Part shown: positions 11,501-28,295 of the stretch, piece by piece
Layout of the letters: every line of letters begins with the position of its first letter
Position numbering within the stretch: position 1 is the first letter of the stretch
DNA from: Nemertoderma westbladi
Lineage: Eukaryota > Animalia > Xenacoelomorpha
NCBI GenBank assembly: GCA_032718475.1
Contig: JAUCBJ010005120.1
Span: forward strand, 1-35,795
Direction of reading: 5' to 3'
DNA length: 35,795 nt
The notes under the pieces: generated by a model
What the model was told of the DNA's origin: nothing
Databases searched by the model: none
The model's input: the letters and a program-made list of their open reading frames with translations, nothing else
Position numbers and translations under genes: made by a program

Positions 11501-14500
11501 CCAACAGATACCAAGTTTACTATATAACGATCCGACTACTTTATCCGACTGATACCAAGTTTACTATATAACGATCCGACTACTTTATCCGACTGATACC
11601 AAGTTTACTATATAACGATCCGACTACTTTATCCGACTGATACCAAGTTTACTATATAACGATCCGACTACTTTATCCGACTGATACCAAGTTTACTATA
11701 TAACGATCCGACTACTTTATCCGACTGATACCAAGTTTACTATATAACGATCCGACTACTTTATCCGACTGATACCAAGTTTACTATATAACGATCCGAC
11801 TACTTTATCCGACTGATACCTAGTTTACTATATAACGATCCGACTACTACGATACCCAACAGATACCAAGTTTACTATATAACGATCCGACTACTACGAT
11901 ACCCAACAGATACCAAGTTTACTATATAACGATCCGACTACTACGATACCCAACAGATACCAAGTTTACTATATAACGATCCGACTACTACGATACCCAA
12001 CAGATACCAAGTTTACTATATAACGATCCGACTACGATACCCAACAGATACCAAGTTTACTATATAACGATCCGACTACGACGATACCCAACAGATACCA
12101 AGTTTACTATATAACGATCCGACTACGACGATACCCAACAGATACCAAGTTTACTATATAACGATCCGACTACTTTATCCGACTGATACCAAGTTTACTA
12201 TATAACGATCCGACTACGATACCCAACAGATACCAAGTTTACTATATAACGATCCGACTACTACGATACCCAACAGATACCAAGTTTACTATATAACGAT
12301 CCGACTACGATACCCAACAGATACCAAGTTTACTATATAACGATCCGACTACTACGATACCCAACAGATACCAAGTTTACTATATAACGATCCGACTACG
12401 ACGATACCCAACAGATACCAAGTTTACTATATAACGATCCGACTACTTTATCCGACTGATACCAAGTTTACTATATAACGATCCGACTACGATACCCAAC
12501 AGATACCAAGTTTACTATATAACGATCCGACTACTACGATACCCAACAGATACCAAGTTTACTATATAACGATCCGACTACGATACCCAACAGATACCAA
12601 GTTTACTATATAACGATCCGACTACGATACCCAACAGATACCAAGTTTACTATATAACGATCCGACTACTACGATACCCAACAGATACCAAGTTTACTAT
12701 ATAACGATCCGACTACGATACCCAACAGATACCAAGTTTACTATATAACGATCCGACTACGATACCCAACAGATACCAAGTTTACTATATAACGATCCGA
12801 CTACTACGATACCCAACAGATACCAAGTTTACTATATAACGATCCGACTACTTTATCCGACTGATACCAAGTTTACTATATAACGATCCGACTACTACGA
12901 TACCCAACAGATACCAAGTTTACTATATAACGACCCGACTACTTTATCCGACTGATACCAAGTTTACTATATAACGATCCGACTACTTTATCCGACTGAT
13001 ACCAAGTTTACTATATAACGATCCGACTACTACGATACCCAACAGATACCAAGTTTACTATATAACGATCCGACTACTACGATACCCAACAGATACCAAG
13101 TTTACTATATAACGATCCGACTACTACGATACCCAACAGATACCAAGTTTACTATATAACGATCCGACTACTTTATCCGACTGATACCAAGTTTACTATA
13201 TAACGATCCGACTACTACGATACCCAACAGATACCAAGTTTACTATATAACGATCCGACTACGATACCCAACAGATACCAAGTTTACTATATAACGATCC
13301 GACTACGATACCCAACAGATACCAAGTTTACTATATAACGATCCGACTACTACGATACCCAACAGATACCAAGTTTACTATATAACGATCCGACTACGAT
13401 ACCCAACAGATACCAAGTTTACTATATAACGATCCGACTACGATACCCAACAGATACCAAGTTTACTATATAACGATCCGACTACTACGATACCCAACAG
13501 ATACCAAGTTTACTATATAACGATCCGACTACTTTATCCGACTGATACCAAGTTTACTATATAACGATCCGACTACTTTATCCGACTGATACCAAGTTTA
13601 CTATATAACGATCCGACTACTTTATCCGACTGATACCAAGTTTACTATATAACGATCCGACTACTACGATACCCAACAGATACCAAGTTTACTATATAAC
13701 GATCCGACTACTACGATACCCAACAGATACCAAGTTTACTATATAACGATCCGACTACTACGATACCCAACAGATACCAAGTTTACTATATAACGATCCG
13801 ACTACTTTATCCGACTGATACCAAGTTTACTATATAACGATCCGACTACTACGATACCCAACAGATACCAAGTTTACTATATAACGATCCGACTACTACG
13901 ATACCCAACAGATACCAAGTTTACTATATAACGATCCGACTACTTTATCCGACTGATACCAAGTTTACTATATAACGATCCGACTACTACGATACCCAAC
14001 AGATACCAAGTTTACTATATAACGATCCGACTACGATACCCAACAGATACCAAGTTTACTATATAACGATCCGACTACTACGATACCCAACAGATACCAA
14101 GTTTACTATATAACGATCCGACTACTTTATCCGACTGATACCAAGTTTACTATATAACGATCCGACTACTACGATACCCAACAGATACCTAGTTTACTAT
14201 ATAACGATCCGACTACTTTATCCGACTGATACCAAGTTTACTATATAACGATCCGACTACTACGATACCCAACAGATACCAAGTTTACTATATAACGATC
14301 CGACTACTTTATCCGACTGATACCAAGTTTACTATATAACGATCCGACTACTACGATACCCAACAGATACCTAGTTTACTATATAACGATCCGACTACTT
14401 TATCCGACTGATACCAAGTTTACTATATAACGATCCGACTACGATACCCAACAGATACCTAGTTTACTATATAACGATCCGACTACTTTATCCGACTGAT

Positions 14501-17500
14501 ACCAAGTTTACTATATAACGATCCGACTACTACGATACCCAACAGATACCAAGTTTACTATATAACGATCCGACTACTTTATCCGACTGATACCAAGTTT
14601 ACTATATAACGATCCGACTACTACGATACCCAACAGATACCAAGTTTACTATATAACGATCCGACTACTTTATCCGACTGATACCAAGTTTACTATATAA
14701 CGATCCGACTACGATACCCAACAGATACCAAGTTTACTATATAACGATCCGACTACGATACCCAACAGATACCAAGTTTACTATATAACGATCCGACTAC
14801 GATACCCAACAGATACCAAGTTTACTATATAACGATCCGACTACTACGATACCCAACAGATACCAAGTTTACTATATAACGATCCGACTACTTTATCCGA
14901 CTGATACCAAGTTTACTATATAACGATCCGACTACTACGATACCCAACAGATACCTAGTTTACTATATAACGATCCGACTACTACGATACCCAACAGATA
15001 CCTAGTTTACTATATAACGATCCGACTACGATACCCAACAGATACCAAGTTTACTATATAACGATCCGACTACTACGATACCCAACAGATACCTAGTTTA
15101 CTATATAACGATCCGACTACGATACCCAACAGATACCAAGTTTACTATATAACGATCCGACTACTACGATACCCAACAGATACCAAGTTTACTATATAAC
15201 GATCCGACTACTACGATACCCAACAGATACCTAGTTTACTATATAACGATCCGACTACGATACCCAACAGATACCAAGTTTACTATATAACGATCCGACT
15301 ACTACGATACCCAACAGATACCAAGTTTACTATATAACGATCCGACTACGATACCCAACAGATACCAAGTTTACTATATAACGATCCGACTACTACGATA
15401 CCCAACAGATACCAAGTTTACTATATAACGATCCGACTACTACGATACCCAACAGATACCAAGTTTACTATATAACGATCCGACTACTTTATCCGACTGA
15501 TACCAAGTTTACTATATAACGATCCGACTACTACGATACCCAACAGATACCAAGTTTACTATATAACGATCCGACTACTACGATACCCAACAGATACCAA
15601 GTTTACTATATAACGATCCGACTACTTTATCCGACTGATACCAAGTTTACTATATAACGATCCGACTACTACGATACCCAACAGATACCAAGTTTACTAT
15701 ATAACGATCCGACTACGATACCCAACAGATACCAAGTTTACTATATAACGATCCGACTACGATACCCAACAGATACCAAGTTTACTATATAACGATCCGA
15801 CTACTACGATACCCAACAGATACCAAGTTTACTATATAACGATCCGACTACTTTATCCGACTGATACCAAGTTTACTATATAACGATCCGACTACTACGA
15901 TACCCAACAGATACCAAGTTTACTATATAACGATCCGACTACTACGATACCCAACAGATACCAAGTTTACTATATAACGATCCGACTACTACGATACCCA
16001 ACAGATACCAAGTTTACTATATAACGATCCGACTACTACGATACCCAACAGATACCAAGTTTACTATATAACGATCCGACTACTTTATCCGACTGATACC
16101 AAGTTTACTATATAACGATCCGACTACTACGATACCCAACAGATACCAAGTTTACTATATAACGATCCGACTACGATACCCAACAGATACCAAGTTTACT
16201 ATATAACGATCCGACTACGATACCCAACAGATACCAAGTTTACTATATAACGATCCGACTACTACGATACCCAACAGATACCAAGTTTACTATATAACGA
16301 TCCGACTACTTTATCCGACTGATACCAAGTTTACTATATAACGATCCGACTACTACGATACCCAACAGATACCAAGTTTACTATATAACGATCCGACTAC
16401 GATACCCAACAGATACCAAGTTTACTATATAACGATCCGACTACTTTATCCGACTGATACCAAGTTTACTATATAACGATCCGACTACGATACCCAACAG
16501 ATACCAAGTTTACTATATAACGATCCGACTACTACGATACCCAACAGATACCAAGTTTACTATATAACGATCCGACTACTTTATCCGACTGATACCAAGT
16601 TTACTATATAACGATCCGACTACTACGATACCCAACAGATACCAAGTTTACTATATAACGATCCGACTACTACGATACCCAACAGATACCAAGTTTACTA
16701 TATAACGATCCGACTACTTTATCCGACTGATACCAAGTTTACTATATAACGATCCGACTACTACGATACCCAACAGATACCAAGTTTACTATATAACGAT
16801 CCGACTACTACGATACCCAACAGATACCAAGTTTACTATATAACGATCCGACTACTTTATCCGACTGATACCAAGTTTACTATATAACGATCCGACTACT
16901 ACGATACCCAACAGATACCAAGTTTACTATATAACGATCCGACTACGATACCCAACAGATACCAAGTTTACTATATAACGATCCGACTACGATACCCAAC
17001 AGATACCAAGTTTACTATATAACGATCCGACTACTACGATACCCAACAGATACCAAGTTTACTATATAACGATCCGACTACTTTATCCGACTGATACCAA
17101 GTTTACTATATAACGATCCGACTACTACGATACCCAACAGATACCAAGTTTACTATATAACGATCCGACTACTACGATACCCAACAGATACCAAGTTTAC
17201 TATATAACGATCCGACTACTACGATACCCAACAGATACCAAGTTTACTATATAACGATCCGACTACTACGATACCCAACAGATACCAAGTTTACTATATA
17301 ACGATCCGACTACTTTATCCGACTGATACCAAGTTTACTATATAACGATCCGACTACTACGATACCCAACAGATACCAAGTTTACTATATAACGATCCGA
17401 CTACGATACCCAACAGATACCAAGTTTACTATATAACGATCCGACTACGATACCCAACAGATACCAAGTTTACTATATAACGATCCGACTACTACGATAC

Positions 17501-20500
17501 CCAACAGATACCAAGTTTACTATATAACGATCCGACTACTGATACCCAACAGATACCAAGTTTACTATATAACGATCCGACTACTACGATACCCAACAGA
17601 TACCAAGTTTACTATATAACGATCCGACTACGATACCCAACAGATACCAAGTTTACTATATAACGATCCGACTACTGATACCCAACAGATACCAAGTTTA
17701 CTATATAACGATCCGACTACGATACCCAACAGATACCAAGTTTACTATATAACGATCCGACTACTACGATACCCAACAGATACCAAGTTTACTATATAAC
17801 GATCCGACTACGATACCCAACAGATACCAAGTTTACTATATAACGATCCGACTACTACGATACCCAACAGATACCAAGTTTACTATATAACGATCCGACT
17901 ACGATACCCAACAGATACCAAGTTTACTATATAACGATCCGACTACTACGATACCCAACAGATACCAAGTTTACTATATAACGATCCGACTACTACGATA
18001 CCCAACAGATACCAAGTTTACTATATAACGATCCGACTACTACGATACCCAACAGATACCAAGTTTACTATATAACGATCCGACTACGATACCCAACAGA
18101 TACCAAGTTTACTATATAACGATCCGACTACTGATACCCAACAGATACCAAGTTTACTATATAACGATCCGTACTACGATACCCAACAGATACCAAGTTT
18201 ACTATATAACGATCCGACTACTACGATACCCAACAGATACCAAGTTTACTATATAACGATCCGACTACTACGATACCCAACAGATACCAAGTTTACTATA
18301 TAACGATCCGACTACTGATACCCAACAGATACCAAGTTTACTATATAACGATCCGACTACTACGATACCCAACAGATACCAAGTTTACTATATAACGATC
18401 CGACTACGATACCCAACAGATACCAAGTTTACTATATAACGATCCGACTACGATACCCAACAGATACCAAGTTTACTATATAACGATCCGACTACTACGA
18501 TACCCAACAGATACCAAGTTTACTATATAACGATCCGACTACTGATACCCAACAGATACCAAGTTTACTATATAACGATCCGACTACGATACCCAACAGA
18601 TACCAAGTTTACTATATAACGATCCGACTACGATACCCAACAGATACCAAGTTTACTATATAACGATCCGACTACTACGATACCCAACAGATACCAAGTT
18701 TACTATATAACGATCCGACTACTACGATACCCAACAGATACCAAGTTTACTATATAACGATCCGACTACGATACCCAACAGATACCAAGTTTACTATATA
18801 ACGATCCGACTACGATACCCAACAGATACCAAGTTTACTATATAACGATCCGACTACTACGATACCCAACAGATACCAAGTTTACTATATAACGATCCGA
18901 CTACTACGATACCCAACAGATACCAAGTTTACTATATAACGATCCGACTACTACGATACCCAACAGATACCAAGTTTACTATATAACGATCCGACTACGA
19001 TACCCAACAGATACCAAGTTTACTATATAACGATCCGACTACTGTACCCGACTGATACCAAGTTTACTATATAACGATCCGACTACGATACCCAACAGAT
19101 ACCAAGTTTACTATATAACGATCCGCACTACGATACCCAACAGATACCAAGTTTACTATATAACGATCCGACTACTACGATACCCAACAGATACCAAGTT
19201 TACTATATAACGATCCGACTACTACGATACCCAACAGATACCAAGTTTACTATATAACGATCCGACTACGATACCCAACAGATACCAAGTTTACTATATA
19301 ACGATCCGACTACGATACCCAACAGATACCAAGTTTACTATATAACGATCCGACTACTACGATACCCAACAGATACCAAGTTTACTATATAACGATCCGA
19401 CTACTACGATACCCAACAGATACCAAGTTTACTATATAACGATCCGACTACTACGATACCCAACAGATACCAAGTTTACTATATAACGATCCGACTACGA
19501 TACCCAACAGATACCAAGTTTACTATATAACGATCCGACTACTACGATACCCAACAGATACCAAGTTTACTATATAACGATCCGACTACTTTATCCGACA
19601 GATACCAAGTTTACTATATAACGATCCGACTACTACGATACCCAACAGATACCAAGTTTACTATATAACGATCCGACTACTACGATACCCAACAGATACC
19701 AAGTTTACTATATAACGATCCGACTACTACGATACCCAACAGATACCAAGTTTACTATATAACGATCCGACTACTTTATCCGACTGATACCAAGTTTACT
19801 ATATAACGATCCGACTACTACGATACCCAACAGATACCAAGTTTACTATATAACGATCCGACTACTACGATACCCAACAGATACCAAGTTTACTATATAA
19901 CGATCCGACTACTACGATACCCAACAGATACCAAGTTTACTATATAACGATCCGACTACTTTATCCGACTGATACCAAGTTTACTATATAACGATCCGAC
20001 TACGATACCCAACAGATACCAAGTTTACTATATAACGATCCGACTACTACGATACCCAACAGATACCAAGTTTACTATATAACGATCCGACTACTACGAT
20101 ACCCAACAGATACCAAGTTTACTATATAACGATCCGACTACTACGATACCCAACAGATACCAAGTTTACTATATAACGATCCGACTACTGATACCCAACA
20201 GATACCAAGTTTACTATATAACGATCCGACTACTACGATACCCAACAGATACCAAGTTTACTATATAACGATCCGACTACTACGATACCCAACAGATACC
20301 AAGTTTACTATATAACGATCCGACTACTTTATCCGACTGATACCAAGTTTACTATATAACGATCCGACTACTTTATCCGACTGATACCAAGTTTACTATA
20401 TAACGATCCGACTACTTTATCCGACTGATACCAAGTTTACTATATAACGATCCGACTACTACGATACCCAACAGATACCAAGTTTACTATATAACGATCC

Positions 20501-23500
20501 GACTACTACGATACCCAACAGATACCAAGTTTACTATATAACGATCCGACTACTTTATCCGACTGATACCAAGTTTACTATATAACGATCCGACTACTTT
20601 ATCCGACTGATACCAAGTTTACTATATAACGATCCGACTACTACGATACCCAACAGATACCAAGTTTACTATATAACGATCCGACTACTACGATACCCAA
20701 CAGATACCAAGTTTACTATATAACGATCCGACTACTTTATCCGACTGATACCAAGTTTACTATATAACGATCCGACTACTTTATCCGACTGATACCAAGT
20801 TTACTATATAACGATCCGACGACTACGATACCCAACAGATACCAAGTTTACTATATAACGATCCGACTACTACGATACCCAACAGATACCAAGTTTACTA
20901 TATAACGATCCGACCTACGATACCCAACAGATACCAAGTTTACTATATAACGATCCGACTACGATACCCAACAGATACCAAGTTTACTATATAACGATCC
21001 GACTACGATACCCAACAGATACCAAGTTTACTATATAACGATCCGACTACTTTATCCGACTGATACCAAGTTTACTATATAACGATCCGACTACTACGAT
21101 ACCCAACAGATACCAAGTTTACTATATAACGATCCGACTACTACGATACCCAACAGATACCAAGTTTACTATATAACGATCCGACTACTACGATACCCAA
21201 CAGATACCAAGTTTACTATATAACGATCCGACTACTACGATACCCAACAGATACCAAGTTTACTATATAACGATCCGACTACTACGATACCCAACAGATA
21301 CCAAGTTTACTATATAACGATCCGACTACTTTATCCGACTGATACCAAGTTTACTATATAACGATCCGACTACTACGATACCCAACAGATACCAAGTTTA
21401 CTATATAACGATCCGACTACTACGATACCCAACAGATACCAAGTTTACTATATAACGATCCGACTACTACGATACCCAACAGATACCAAGTTTACTATAT
21501 AACGATCCGACTACTTTATCCGACTGATACCAAGTTTACTATATAACGATCCGACTACTTTATCCGACTGATACCAAGTTTACTATATAACGATCCGACT
21601 ACTTTATCCGACTGATACCAAGTTTACTATATAACGATCCGACTACTACGATACCCAACAGATACCAAGTTTACTATATAACGATCCGACTACTACGATA
21701 CCCAACAGATACCAAGTTTACTATATAACGATCCGACTACTTTATCCGACTGATACCAAGTTTACTATATAACGATCCGACTACTACGATACCCAACAGA
21801 TACCAAGTTTACTATATAACGATCCGACTACTACGATACCCAACAGATACCAAGTTTACTATATAACGATCCGACTACTACGATACCCAACAGATACCAA
21901 GTTTACTATATAACGATCCGACTACTACGATACCCAACAGATACCAAGTTTACTATATAACGATCCGACTACTACGATACCCAACAGATACCAAGTTTAC
22001 TATATAACGATCCGACTACTTTATCCGACTGATACCAAGTTTACTATATAACGATCCGACTACTTTATCCGACTGATACCAAGTTTACTATATAACGATC
22101 CGACTACTTTATCCGACTGATACCAAGTTTACTATATAACGATCCGACTACTTTATCCGACTGATACCAAGTTTACTATATAACGATCCGACTACTACGA
22201 TACCCAACAGATACCAAGTTTACTATATAACGATCCGACTACTACGATACCCAACAGATACCAAGTTTACTATATAACGATCCGACTACTACGATACCCA
22301 ACAGATACCAAGTTTACTATATAACGATCCGACTACTTTATCCGACTGATACCAAGTTTACTATATAACGATCCGACTACTTTATCCGACTGATACCAAG
22401 TTTACTATATAACGATCCGACTACTTTATCCGACTGATACCAAGTTTACTATATAACGATCCGACTACTTTATCCGACTGATACCAAGTTTACTATATAA
22501 CGATCCGACTACTTTATCCGACTGATACCAAGTTTACTATATAACGATCCGACTACTTTATCCGACTGATACCAAGTTTACTATATAACGATCCGACTAC
22601 TACGATACCCAACAGATACCTAGTTTACTATATAACGATCCGACTACTACGATACCCAACAGATACCAAGTTTACTATATAACGATCCGACTACTTTATC
22701 CGACTGATACCAAGTTTACTATATAACGATCCGACTACTACGATACCCAACAGATACCAAGTTTACTATATAACGATCCGACTACTACGATACCCAACAG
22801 ATACCAAGTTTACTATATAACGATCCGACTACTACGATACCCAACAGATACCAAGTTTACTATATAACGATCCGACTACTACGATACCCAACAGATACCA
22901 AGTTTACTATATAACGATCCGACTACTACGATACCCAACAGATACCAAGTTTACTATATAACGATCCGACTACTACGATACCCAACAGATACCAAGTTTA
23001 CTATATAACGATCCGACTACTACGATACCCAACAGATACCAAGTTTACTATATAACGATCCGACTACTTTATCCGACTGATACCAAGTTTACTATATAAC
23101 GATCCGACTACTTTATCCGACTGATACCAAGTTTACTATATAACGATCCGACTACTTTATCCGACTGATACCAAGTTTACTATATAACGATCCGACTACT
23201 TTATCCGACTGATACCAAGTTTACTATATAACGATCCGACTACTTTATCCGACTGATACCAAGTTTACTATATAACGATCCGACTACTTTATCCGACTGA
23301 TACCAAGTTTACTATATAACGATCCGACTACTACGATACCCAACAGATACCTAGTTTACTATATAACGATCCGACTACTACGATACCCAACAGATACCAA
23401 GTTTACTATATAACGATCCGACTACTTTATCCGACTGATACCAAGTTTACTATATAACGATCCGACTACTACGATACCCAACAGATACCAAGTTTACTAT

Positions 23501-26500
23501 ATAACGATCCGACTACTACGATACCCAACAGATACCAAGTTTACTATATAACGATCCGACTACTACGATACCCAACAGATACCAAGTTTACTATATAACG
23601 ATCCGACTACTACGATACCCAACAGATACCAAGTTTACTATATAACGATCCGACTACTACGATACCCAACAGATACCAAGTTTACTATATAACGATCCGA
23701 CTACTTTATCCGACTGATACCAAGTTTACTATATAACGATCCGACTACTTTATCCGACTGATACCAAGTTTACTATATAACGATCCGACTACTTTATCCG
23801 ACTGATACCAAGTTTACTATATAACGATCCGACTACTTTATCCGACTGATACCAAGTTTACTATATAACGATCCGACTACTACGATACCCAACAGATACC
23901 AAGTTTACTATATAACGATCCGACTACTTTATCCGACTGATACCAAGTTTACTATATAACGATCCGACTACTTTATCCGACTGATACCAAGTTTACTATA
24001 TAACGATCCGACTACTTTATCCGACTGATACCAAGTTTACTATATAACGATCCGACTACTACGATACCCAACAGATACCAAGTTTACTATATAACGATCC
24101 GACTACTTTATCCGACTGATACCAAGTTTACTATATAACGATCCGACTACTTTATCCGACTGATACCAAGTTTACTATATAACGATCCGACTACTACGAT
24201 ACCCAACAGATACCAAGTTTACTATATAACGATCCGACTACTACGATACCCAACAGATACCAAGTTTACTATATAACGATCCGACTACTACGATACCCAA
24301 CAGATACCAAGTTTACTATATAACGATCCGACTACTTTATCCGACTGATACCAAGTTTACTATATAACGATCCGACTACTTTATCCGACTGATACCAAGT
24401 TTACTATATAACGATCCGACTACTTTATCCGACTGATACCAAGTTTACTATATAACGATCCGACTACTTTATCCGACTGATACCAAGTTTACTATATAAC
24501 GATCCGACTACTTTATCCGACTGATACCAAGTTTACTATATAACGATCCGACTACTTTATCCGACTGATACCAAGTTTACTATATAACGATCCGACTACT
24601 ACGATACCCAACAGATACCAAGTTTACTATATAACGATCCGACTACTACGATACCCAACAGATACCAAGTTTACTATATAACGATCCGACTACTACGATA
24701 CCCAACAGATACCAAGTTTACTATATAACGATCCGACTACTACGATACCCAACAGATACCAAGTTTACTATATAACGATCCGACTACTTTATCCGACTGA
24801 TACCAAGTTTACTATATAACGATCCGACTACTTTATCCGACTGATACCAAGTTTACTATATAACGATCCGACTACTACGATACCCAACAGATACCAAGTT
24901 TACTATATAACGATCCGACTACTACGATACCCAACAGATACCAAGTTTACTATATAACGATCCGACTACGATACCCAACAGATACCAAGTTTACTATATA
25001 ACGATCCGACTACGATACCCAACAGATACCAAGTTTACTATATAACGATCCGACTACGATACCCAACAGATACCTAGGTACTATATAACGATCCGACTAC
25101 TACGATACCCAACAGATACCAAGTTTACTATATAACGATCCGACTACGATACCCAACAGATACCAAGTTTACTATATAACGATCCGACTACTACGATACC
25201 CAACAGATACCAAGTTTACTATATAACGATCCGACTACGATACCCAACAGATACCAAGTTTACTATATAACGATCCGACTACTACGATACCCAACAGATA
25301 CCAAGTTTACTATATAACGATCCGACTACGATACCCAACAGATACCAAGTTTACTATATAACGATCCGACTATGATACCCAACAGATACCAAGTTTACTA
25401 TATAACGATCCGACTACTACGATACCCAACAGATACCAAGTTTACTATATAACGATCCGACTACGATACCCAACAGATACCAAGTTTACTATATAACGAT
25501 CCGACTACTACGATACCCAACAGATACCAAGTTTACTATATAACGATCCGACTACTTTATCCGACTGATACCAAGTTTACTATATAACGATCCGACTACG
25601 ATACCCAACAGATACCAAGTTTACTATATAACGATCCGACTACTACGATACCCAACAGATACCAAGTTTACTATATAACGATCCGACTACTTTATCCGAC
25701 TGATACCAAGTTTACTATATAACGATCCGACTACGATACCCAACAGATACCAAGTTTACTATATAACGATCCGACTACTTTATCCAACTGATACCAAGTT
25801 TACTATATAACGATCCGACTACTACGATACCCAACAGATACCAAGTTTACTATATAACGATCCGACTACTACGATACCCAACAGATACCAAGTTTACTAT
25901 ATAACGATCCGACTACTACGATACCCAACAGATACCAAGTTTACTATATAACGATCCGACTACGATACCCAACAGATACCAAGTTTACTATATAACGATC
26001 CGACTACTTTATCCAACTGATACCAAGTTTACTATATAACGATCCGACTACTACGATACCCAACAGATACCAAGTTTACTATATAACGATCCGACTACTA
26101 CGATACCCAACAGATACCAAGTTTACTATATAACGATCCGACTACTTTATCCGACTGATACCAAGTTTACTATATAACGATCCGACTACTACGATACCCA
26201 ACAGATACCAAGTTTACTATATAACGATCCGACTACGATACCCAACAGATACCAAGTTTACTATATAACGATCCGACTACTACGATACCCAACAGATACC
26301 AAGTTTACTATATAACGATCCGACTACTACGATACCCAACAGATACCAAGTTTACTATATAACGATCCGACTACTTTATCCAACTGATACCAAGTTTACT
26401 ATATAACGATCCGACTACTACGATACCCAACAGATACCAAGTTTACTATATAACGATCCGACTACTACGATACCCAACAGATACCAAGTTTACTATATAA

Positions 26501-27900
26501 CGATCCGACTACTTTATCCGACTGATACCAAGTTTACTATATAACGATCCGACTACTACGATACCCAACAGATACCAAGTTTACTATATAACGATCCGAC
26601 TACGATACCCAACAGATACCAAGTTTACTATATAACGATCCGACTACTACGATACCCAACAGATACCAAGTTTACTATATAACGATCCGACTACTACGAT
26701 ACCCAACAGATACCAAGTTTACTATATAACGATCCGACTACTACGATACCCAACAGATACCAAGTTTACTATATAACGATCCGACTACGATACCCAACAG
26801 ATACCAAGTTTACTATATAACGATCCGACTACTTTATCCAACTGATACCAAGTTTACTATATAACGATCCGACTACTACGATACCCAACAGATACCAAGT
26901 TTACTATATAACGATCCGACTACTACGATACCCAACAGATACCAAGTTTACTATATAACGATCCGACTACTACGATACCCAACAGATACCAAGTTTACTA
27001 TATAACGATCCGACTACTTTATCCGACTGATACCAAGTTTACTATATAACGATCCGACTACTACGATACCCAACAGATACCAAGTTTACTATATAACGAT
27101 CCGACTACTTTATCCAACTGATACCAAGTTTACTATATAACGATCCGACTACTACGATACCCAACAGATACCAAGTTTACTATATAACGATCCGACTACT
27201 TTATCCAACTGATACCAAGTTTACTATATAACGATCCGACTACTACGATACCCAACAGATACCAAGTTTACTATATAACGATCCGACTACTACGATACCC
27301 AACAGATACCAAGTTTACTATATAACGATCCGACTACTTTATCCGACTGATACCAAGTTTACTATATAACGATCCGACTACTACGATACCCAACAGATAC
27401 CAAGTTTACTATATAACGATCCGACTACGATACCCAACAGATACCAAGTTTACTATATAACGATCCGACTACTACGATACCCAACAGATACCAAGTTTAC
27501 TATATAACGATCCGACTACTACGATACCCAACAGATACCAAGTTTACTATATAACGATCCGACTACTTTATCCAACTGATACCAAGTTTACTATATAACG
27601 ATCCGACTACTACGATACCCAACAGATACCAAGTTTACTATATAACGATCCGACTACTACGATACCCAACAGATACCAAGTTTACTATATAACGATCCGA
27701 CTACTTTATCCGACTGATACCAAGTTTACTATATAACGATCCGACTACTACGATACCCAACAGATACCAAGTTTACTATATAACGATCCGACTACGATAC
27801 CCAACAGATACCAAGTTTACTATATAACGATCCGACTACTACGATACCCAACAGATACCAAGTTTACTATATAACGATCCGACTACTACGATACCCAACA
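8571..27900. repeat. 19.3-kb satellite of interspersed 47-bp and 44-bp monomers (roughly 420-430 copies)
   Basis: Constant 33-bp core GATACCAAGTTTACTATATAACGATCCGACTAC followed by TACGATACCCAACA (47 bp), GATACCCAACA (44 bp) or TTTATCCGACT (44 bp). Confidence 0.98.
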
Positions 27901-28295
27901 TATTTTATATAATTTTTGTGTGTGACTTTAATTGATAGTTTTACACAATTAACTGGTTGTATAATAAGAAAGGGAATTGCCGGCTTATTATATTATAAGA
28001 CAGGAATATTAATGAATAATTAATAAATATTTAGTAATAAATTAGTAAATAAGGAATAAATTTAGGCTGGTTGTTTGCCGAGCATGTTTGATGAACTGGT
28101 TAGTCCATCGATTAAGTGATCCAAATGAGTTTATAATTGCCATTTCCGATAAATTCAATTAGCTGTACAATACAATTACGTTGATAATAATTAATTAGTT
28201 GCACATAAAAATAAATACATTAATTATTTCGTTTCACACTACACTAGTGCACATAAATACAGTTACCGCATACACATTAATTGGTACATTTTGTA

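Noticed and set aside
8571-27900. CRISPR array (33-bp constant repeat plus variable segment)
   Set aside because: Only three recurring 11-14 bp 'spacers', no cas genes, and a eukaryotic context.
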